64,000 bases of DNA, from positions 35,149 to 99,148 of the forward strand of contig CAYTHI010000001.1 of the NCBI GenBank assembly GCA_964437555.1, written 5' to 3'. The notes beneath the pieces were generated by a model. That model had not been told where the DNA came from, did not search any database, and was given only the letters and a program-made list of their open reading frames with translations. Source of the DNA: Candidatus Woesearchaeota archaeon (lineage in GTDB: Archaea > Nanobdellota > Nanobdellia > Pacearchaeales > GW2011-AR1). Below are positions 58,507 through 64,000 of this stretch, piece after piece. Position 1 is the stretch's first letter, and each line of letters opens with the position of its first letter. A program made the translations under genes and the position numbers.

Positions 58507-59193
58507 ATGAAAAAATTGGTCGTCATAAGCCTTGGTGGAAGCCTGATAGCTCCCAGAGAAGACAATCCTAATTACCTAAAAAAGCTGGAAAGAGTTTTAT
58601 CAAAGAATTTTAGCAGATACAAATTCATAATAGTCTGCGGGGGAGGAGCAATAGCAAGAACTTACATAAAAGCACTAAAAGAGCAAAACAAAAGCAAACT
58701 TGAGCAATCCCTCGCTGGGATAAAGGCAACAAGAATGAATGCTTCGCTTTTGATGCAAATCTTTGGAAAAACAGCCAATGATGTAATCCCGACCTCAATG
58801 AAAGACGTCAGGGATTATTTGGCAAAAAACAAGATAGTTATATGCGGAGCCTTGAGATATGCGGCCAATGAAACATCTGACAGCACTGCTGCAAAACTTT
58901 CCAATTACTTCAGGACAGATTTCATAAATATCACAAACGTAGACGGATTATACAGTTCAAATCCGTTAAAAAATAAAAATGCAAAGTTTATACCTTTTAT
59001 CAGCTGGAAAGACTTTGAAAAAATGGCTCTAAAAATAAAATTCAGGCCAGGCCAGCATTTTGTGCTTGACCAGGATGCAGCAAGAATAATAAAAAAGGAT
59101 AAAATAAAAACATATATTATCGGCCCAAAAACAAAAAACCTTGATAGTTTATTAAATAATAAAAAGTTCAAAGGAACAACAATTTATGGCTGA
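58507..59193 (+). CDS. pyrH: uridylate (UMP) kinase, archaeal type
   Basis: 'VVISLGGSLI', 'IIVCGGGAIARTY' and 'ICGALRYAANETSDSTAAKL' amino-acid-kinase family motifs. Confidence 0.8.
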   Translation: MKKLVVISLGGSLIAPREDNPNYLKKLERVLSKNFSRYKFIIVCGGGAIARTYIKALKEQNKSKLEQSLAGIKATRMNASLLMQIFGKTANDVIPTSMKDVRDYLAKNKIVICGALRYAANETSDSTAAKLSNYFRTDFINITNVDGLYSSNPLKNKNAKFIPFISWKDFEKMALKIKFRPGQHFVLDQDAARIIKKDKIKTYIIGPKTKNLDSLLNNKKFKGTTIYG

Positions 59194-59626
59194 AATAATC
59201 TCTGAAACCGGCATTGAAAAGACAAAAAAATTGATAAAATCCTCAAAAAAGCCAATAATAATTCTGGCTCAAGATGAAAATTATAACAGGAAAATGCTGG
59301 AATATGGAAATTTTGACATCCTCTTATCGCCTGAGATTATTACAGGAAAAAGCAGGGTAAAACAGGAAGATTCCGGCTTAAATCATGTTCTTGCAAAAAT
59401 AGCTGCAAAAAATAATATTAGTATCGGCATAGACATGGATAAAATATCAAAATTAGACAAAAAAGACAAAGCTATAAGGCTCGCAAAAATAAGGCAAAAT
59501 ATCAAAATCTGCAGAAGAGCCAAGACAAAGATAAAAATAATAAACTCTGGGAACAAGGAAGAAGCGAGAGCGTTCCTTCTCTCTCTTGGCGCATCAACGC
59601 AGCAGGCAAAGGAAGCAATTTCTTAA
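59186..59626 (+). CDS. rnp3: RNase P protein component 3 (Rpp30/Rnp3), short form
   Basis: 'GLNHVLAKIAAKNNISIGIDM' and C-terminal 'AKEAIS' resemble archaeal Rpp30 ('GIDHVLAKL..KKNVALGFSL...AKASIS'). Only 146 aa. Confidence 0.55.
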   Translation: MAEIISETGIEKTKKLIKSSKKPIIILAQDENYNRKMLEYGNFDILLSPEIITGKSRVKQEDSGLNHVLAKIAAKNNISIGIDMDKISKLDKKDKAIRLAKIRQNIKICRRAKTKIKIINSGNKEEARAFLLSLGASTQQAKEAIS

Positions 59627-59877
59627 TTACCTAAAATTAAAGCAACAAGAGTTTTATCAGCCCTTACCAGCAGGATTCCGGAATGTCTATTAGCCGGAAT
59701 GTAGCCGACAACTCTTACATCATCAGGCTTATCTCCCCTAAAGGGCTCATATCTCGAGTCAGATGGATCCCAAAAGATTCCTCCGATTCCTAACCTTATC
59801 TCCCCAACCTTCTCTTGTGTAATCTCAGAAGGGTCATATGATATCCCTCTTATTCCTAACCTATACGATTCAACCAT
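59623..59877 (-). CDS. hypothetical protein with internal duplication
   Basis: 'LGIRGISYDPSEITQEK' and 'LGIGGIFWDPSDSRYEP' repeat. Confidence 0.35.
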   Translation of the reverse strand: MVESYRLGIRGISYDPSEITQEKVGEIRLGIGGIFWDPSDSRYEPFRGDKPDDVRVVGYIPANRHSGILLVRADKTLVALILGN

Positions 59878-59960
59878 GAGGAATAATAGGCAAATATATA
59901 TTTAATCCTTTGTATCTGAATAAGCAATAACTTTTTAACGTCCCAAAGCGTGAAAATAAA

Positions 59961-61460
59961 ATGGACAATAATATAGAAAAAATAACAGAATCCCTCTCTC
60001 CACTAGAGCTAAAAGTCATTCCATTCCTTAACAGCAGCATTGAAGAAATAATCAAAAAAACAGGCCTTGACATGGTTTCTCTTTTAAGGGCATTCAAATT
60101 TCTTGAGGCAAAGGGTCTTCTAAAATTAAGCCAGGAGAAAAAGGAGGTTATAGACCTCGGAGTAAACGGACTATATTATAAAAAGAATAGCCTTCCGGAA
60201 AGAAAGCTGCTAACTTTGCTTGTAATGAACAAGCTATTGACTCTTCAGGAAGCTAAAAGCCTGTCAAAACTTTCAGACAATGAATTTAAAGTTTCTCTCG
60301 GCGTTCTTAAAAAAAGAGCAGCCATAGAAATAAAGGAAGGAAGAATAATCCTAAGAGCAACAAAGCAGGAAATAGTCAATAAAACTCCTGAAGAAAAGCT
60401 AATTGAATCCCTGCCTTTAAAGCTCCAGGAATTGAATGGAGAGCAAAAGCATTCGCTTGAAGAATTAAGGTCAAGAAAAGAGATAATAGAAATAAAAAAA
60501 GACACTGAAACACACATAGAGCTTACCGAACTTGGAAAAAAAATAGCTGGAAAAGAAATAAATCTTGATCTAATTGAGGAAGTCACTCCTGAAATAATAA
60601 AAGACCCCAATAACAAAAAGTTCAGAAGATATGACATAAAAGCTCCTGTTCCTAAAATAAAAGCTGGGAAGAGACATTTCGTAAACAAGGCAATCAAAGA
60701 CGGAAGAAAAATATGGACAGACATGGGATTCAAAGAAATGGAAGGCGATTATGCAGTTACATCTTTCTGGAACTTTGATGCATTATTTACTGCGCAGGAC
60801 CATCCTATAAGAGAGATGCATGATACTTTCTTCATAAAAAAACTCATCGGCTCCCTCCCTCAAAAAGAAATTGTTGAAAAAGTTAAAAAAGCCCATGAAT
60901 CAGGCGTTGAAGGAAGCAGGGGCTGGCAATATTCATGGAATGAAAAAGAAGCCAGAAAAGTTTTACTGCGAACGCACACTACCTGCTTATCAGCAAAAAC
61001 CCTTGCAAAAATAAAACCAGGATTTGCAGGAAAATATTTCGCAATAGGCAAAGTTTTCAGAAATGAAACAGTAGACTGGAGCCACGGATTTGAATTCAAC
61101 CAAAGCGAAGGAATAGTAATAGACCCTAACGCAAACTTCCGCCATCTAATCGGCTATTTAAAGCAATTCGCGGAGAAAATGGGATATAAAAAACTGAGGA
61201 TACAGCCGGCATATTTCCCTTATACAGAACCAAGCTTGGAAGGAGCAGCATGGAATGAAGAAAAACAAAAATGGGTTGAAGTCCTTGCTGCAGGAATATT
61301 CAGGCCCGAAGTAACTTATCCTTTGCTTGGAACAGCAATGCCTGTCCTTGCCTGGGGTCCTGGATTTGACAGGCTAATGATGCAAGCCCATAAAATCAAA
61401 GACCTGCGTGAATTGTACAGCAATGATATTAAAAATCTCAGGGAGAAGCCTGTAATCTAA
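59961..61460 (+). CDS. pheS: phenylalanyl-tRNA synthetase alpha subunit (archaeal type)
   Basis: 'HPIREMHDTFFI', 'FRNETVDWSHGFEFNQSEG' and the class II core. Confidence 0.88.
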   Translation: MDNNIEKITESLSPLELKVIPFLNSSIEEIIKKTGLDMVSLLRAFKFLEAKGLLKLSQEKKEVIDLGVNGLYYKKNSLPERKLLTLLVMNKLLTLQEAKSLSKLSDNEFKVSLGVLKKRAAIEIKEGRIILRATKQEIVNKTPEEKLIESLPLKLQELNGEQKHSLEELRSRKEIIEIKKDTETHIELTELGKKIAGKEINLDLIEEVTPEIIKDPNNKKFRRYDIKAPVPKIKAGKRHFVNKAIKDGRKIWTDMGFKEMEGDYAVTSFWNFDALFTAQDHPIREMHDTFFIKKLIGSLPQKEIVEKVKKAHESGVEGSRGWQYSWNEKEARKVLLRTHTTCLSAKTLAKIKPGFAGKYFAIGKVFRNETVDWSHGFEFNQSEGIVIDPNANFRHLIGYLKQFAEKMGYKKLRIQPAYFPYTEPSLEGAAWNEEKQKWVEVLAAGIFRPEVTYPLLGTAMPVLAWGPGFDRLMMQAHKIKDLRELYSNDIKNLREKPVI

Positions 61461-61461
61461 A

Positions 61462-63084
61462 ATGACAAACATAAAATTTCCAAGAAAAGAAATAGAAAAA
61501 CATCTGCATTTAACGGAGGAAACAATAGAGAAAATAAGCCTGTTTGGAACCCCTCTTGAAAGGATTGATTCAGATTCCTTAGAAATAGAAGTCTTCCCAA
61601 ATCGCCCTGACTTAATTTCAATGCATGGTTTCCTTAGAGGTTTCAAAGCATTCTTGGGCAAAGAAACAGGCATTAAAAAATACAAAGCAAGCGCTTCAGG
61701 AAATAAATTGATAATTGATAAATCTGTAAAAGATGTAAGGCCTTACGCTGTCTGCGCAATAATAAAAGATATCCATCTGGACGATGAAAGAATAAAAGAA
61801 ATAATAGACATGCAGGAAAAACTGCACATTACCTTGGGAAGAAACAGGGAAAAAGTGGCAATAGGCATATATCCTCTGGATAAAATAAAATTCCCCATAA
61901 CTTACACGGCAAAAAGCCCTGCCTCAATAACCTTCTGTCCTTTGGAAGAAAAAAAAGCTCTAAGTGCCTCGCAGATTCTGACAAAAAGCCCTGCGGGAAA
62001 AAAATACAGCTATTTACTAAAAGGAAAGAAAAAATACCCTGTATTCATGGATTCGGATAATAAAATACTTTCAATGCCTCCGATAATAAATAGTGAAGAC
62101 ACAGGCAGAGTAAGCGAATCAACAAAAGATATTTTTATTGAGTGCTCTGGAAACGATGAAAATGCATTAGATAAAACGCTTAATATAATAGTAACAGCAT
62201 TGGCAGAAATGGGTGGAAAAATATATTCAGTTGACATACACGATGCCAAAGCAAAAATAACTCCTAATCTTGCAAGCACAAGAATGAAAGTTTCTCTGGA
62301 AAATGCAAATAAATTGCTTGGATTAGATTTAAAGGAAAAAGACTTGCCTAAGCTTCTTTCCAGAATGGGATATGAATATAAGAACAAAAAAGTTTCTATT
62401 CCTGCATGGAGAACGGATGTATTGCATGAAGTGGATATAATTGAGGACATTGCAATATCCTATGGTTATAACAAAATAACTCCTGAAATACCTAACATAT
62501 CAACAATAGGAGAAGAGACAAAAGCAACCAAAATGAAAGACAACATTACAGAACTTCTGCTTGGCCTCGGCTTGCTAGAAATCTCCTCATATCATTTAAT
62601 AAAAAAAGAGGAAGCCGATACGATGAAATTAAAAAAAATTCTTGAGCTTGAAGACTCGAAGACAGAATACAAAATCTTAAGGCCAAATCTCCTAATCCCT
62701 TCATTAAGGATTATATCTGAGAACATTGACGCAGATTATCCGCAGAAAATATTTGAAATTGGAAGGACTTTTGTCAATAATCAAGAAAAAGAAACAGGTA
62801 TAGAAGAAAAAGATAATCTTATCATCTCCCTTACGCCGTCAAATTTCACAGAGGCAAAACAGCATCTGGATTACTTATTCTCAGCATTAAACCTGAAGTA
62901 TGAAATAGGCGATGATGAAATTCACGGATTGATTGAAGGCAGGACCGGCTCAATAAAATTAAGTGGCAAAAAAATAGGATACCTTGGTGAATTACATCCG
63001 AAAATGCTTAATGGCTGGAAAATTAAAATGCCTATCGCAGTAATAGAAATCTCCCTTAACGAAATATTTAATGCCTTAAATTAA
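61462..63084 (+). CDS. pheT: phenylalanyl-tRNA synthetase beta subunit (archaeal type)
   Basis: N-terminal 'LEIEVFPNRPDLISMHGFLRGF' B3/4 domain. 540 aa. Lies 1 nt downstream of pheS. Confidence 0.85.
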   Translation: MTNIKFPRKEIEKHLHLTEETIEKISLFGTPLERIDSDSLEIEVFPNRPDLISMHGFLRGFKAFLGKETGIKKYKASASGNKLIIDKSVKDVRPYAVCAIIKDIHLDDERIKEIIDMQEKLHITLGRNREKVAIGIYPLDKIKFPITYTAKSPASITFCPLEEKKALSASQILTKSPAGKKYSYLLKGKKKYPVFMDSDNKILSMPPIINSEDTGRVSESTKDIFIECSGNDENALDKTLNIIVTALAEMGGKIYSVDIHDAKAKITPNLASTRMKVSLENANKLLGLDLKEKDLPKLLSRMGYEYKNKKVSIPAWRTDVLHEVDIIEDIAISYGYNKITPEIPNISTIGEETKATKMKDNITELLLGLGLLEISSYHLIKKEEADTMKLKKILELEDSKTEYKILRPNLLIPSLRIISENIDADYPQKIFEIGRTFVNNQEKETGIEEKDNLIISLTPSNFTEAKQHLDYLFSALNLKYEIGDDEIHGLIEGRTGSIKLSGKKIGYLGELHPKMLNGWKIKMPIAVIEISLNEIFNALN

Positions 63085-63088
63085 CAAT

Positions 63089-63562
63089 TCATCCGAAATA
63101 ATCTTTCTCTTTTCTTAACGGCTTATCAGCATTCCACGAGGCCTCAAGAGCAGACATAACTTTTTTCATCTCTCCTTTAAGCTTGTTCCAAGTCTGATAA
63201 ATATCAATAATTATTGCAGATTCTTCATCCTCGCTGTAATCTACTTCTTTCTCCAAAGCTTTTAACTCAAGCTCTATGAATGTCTTGTAAATTTTCCGCA
63301 CAGATTCCTTAATTTCGTTGCTCATATCGATAGCCATGCTCATATAAGACAAGGGAGCTTGCGAAGGGTTAAGAAGCATCTCAGAAAATCTTATATAGCC
63401 GACAATTTTGTCCATCATAACTTTCCTCACCTGCCTTAACAACAAATCGCTTTCTTTTTCTATCCTCTCTATCTCAAAAATCTCATTCAATTCTTTGAAG
63501 GAAGGAAGCTTATGTTTCCTGCTTAATTTCTCATATTCCGCCTTTAATTCCGACAACTCCAT
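63089..63562 (-). CDS. hypothetical protein
   Basis: ORF only. Confidence 0.4.
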   Translation of the reverse strand: MELSELKAEYEKLSRKHKLPSFKELNEIFEIERIEKESDLLLRQVRKVMMDKIVGYIRFSEMLLNPSQAPLSYMSMAIDMSNEIKESVRKIYKTFIELELKALEKEVDYSEDEESAIIIDIYQTWNKLKGEMKKVMSALEASWNADKPLRKEKDYFG

Positions 63563-63604
63563 AAAAGGACAATAAAAAATTGATTTAAATACTTAACCTA
63601 TTTT

Positions 63605-63928
63605 CTAGCCGGAAGTTGAATTGACTCCCCAGTCATGGCTTACAGCATATCCTACAACATCCCTTGTGCCAGTAAAAAACTGCCCAAGCCATGAAAAATA
63701 GAGCTTGAAAAAAGCAAGAGAGCCATTAAAGCTACCTAAATCAGGCCTAACCTTTAGATAAACATAAATACCTGTGCCAGCAAAGAAAAGCAGAAAGCCG
63801 ATAATAATAAGGTTGAAAACATTGCCCTGAAAGCTCTGATACTTGTTCTGGTACTTATTAAAAAAATAAAATACTACAAGAATGACAATCACCCAAAATA
63901 TTATTCCTATCATGAAATACAAAAGCAT
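63605..63928 (-). CDS. small membrane protein
   Basis: Two hydrophobic helices. Confidence 0.4.
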   Translation of the reverse strand: MLLYFMIGIIFWVIVILVVFYFFNKYQNKYQSFQGNVFNLIIIGFLLFFAGTGIYVYLKVRPDLGSFNGSLAFFKLYFSWLGQFFTGTRDVVGYAVSHDWGVNSTSG

Positions 63929-63951
63929 GGATAATATAAAAAGTTATTGAA

Positions 63952-64000
63952 AGCCTCTGCCGAGGATTGAACTCGGGACCCCGTCCTTACCAAGGACGTA
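63952..64000 (-). tRNA. tRNA-Thr (anticodon GGU), 3' portion; 5' part beyond window end
   Basis: The reverse complement gives anticodon stem CGTCC/GGACG, loop TTGGTAA, T-arm CCGAG-TTCAATC-CTCGG, acceptor 3' strand CAGAGGC. Confidence 0.6.

Noticed and set aside
1-64000. Possibility that the contig is bacterial (CPR) because of the sigma-70 fragment, gyrase, UvrD and rhomboid
   Set aside because: aIF2-gamma, the L7Ae/S28e/L24e/S24e/S27ae r-proteins, Spt4, Rpo7, Kae1, archaeal PheS/PheT, Rpp30 and intron-containing tRNAs make an archaeal origin far more parsimonious. Gyrase occurs in several archaeal lineages.
1-64000. CRISPR arrays / cas genes / transposases / integrases
   Set aside because: No regularly spaced short repeats and no recognisable Cas, transposase or tyrosine/serine recombinase motifs were seen. 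The helicase-nuclease at 823..3918 has a Cas4-like nuclease fold but no CRISPR context.

Overview
AT-rich (~33% GC) archaeal window, possibly from a DPANN-like lineage (inference only), mixing core information-processing genes with large accessory regions. The archaeal call rests on aIF2-gamma, the L7Ae-S28e-L24e and PIN-Rpo7-Spt4-S24e-S27a clusters, Kae1, archaeal PheS/PheT and intron-containing tRNAs. Core genes: a partial aIF2-gamma, a UvrD-like helicase/RecB-nuclease fusion, gyrB (carrying a ~148-aa mini-intein) and gyrA flanking cutA plus a Zn-ribbon ORF, ribosomal proteins, Kae1, HisRS next to a tRNA-His-like gene, ScpA, UMP kinase, a short RNase P Rpp30, and PheS/PheT. Five tRNAs are called (Ile-UAU with an ~80-nt intron, Glu, His-like, Trp, a partial Thr). 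Accessory content: (1) a toxin-antitoxin/abortive-infection island at 12.2-16.5 kb holding a DUF4258/DUF2283 pair, a bacterial sigma-70 region-4 fragment, VapBC, and an AbiEi-like regulator flanked by two nucleotidyltransferases; (2) a ~17 kb co-directional cluster (18.7-35.4 kb) of 11 secreted or membrane-anchored, N-glycosylation-sequon-rich surface proteins, including a 1988-aa giant; (3) secreted hydrolases with archaeal prepilin-like N-termini that share a cysteine-containing N-terminal module; (4) a GC-rich 79-bp direct repeat that duplicates a gene 3' end; (5) a second VapBC pair, two NYN-domain paralogs, an HD hydrolase and a DUF167 protein. Several decayed or truncated genes are present: a TAG-interrupted ORF, a secretion-ATPase N-domain-only ORF, and a frameshifted remnant. 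No CRISPR array or recognisable transposase was seen.
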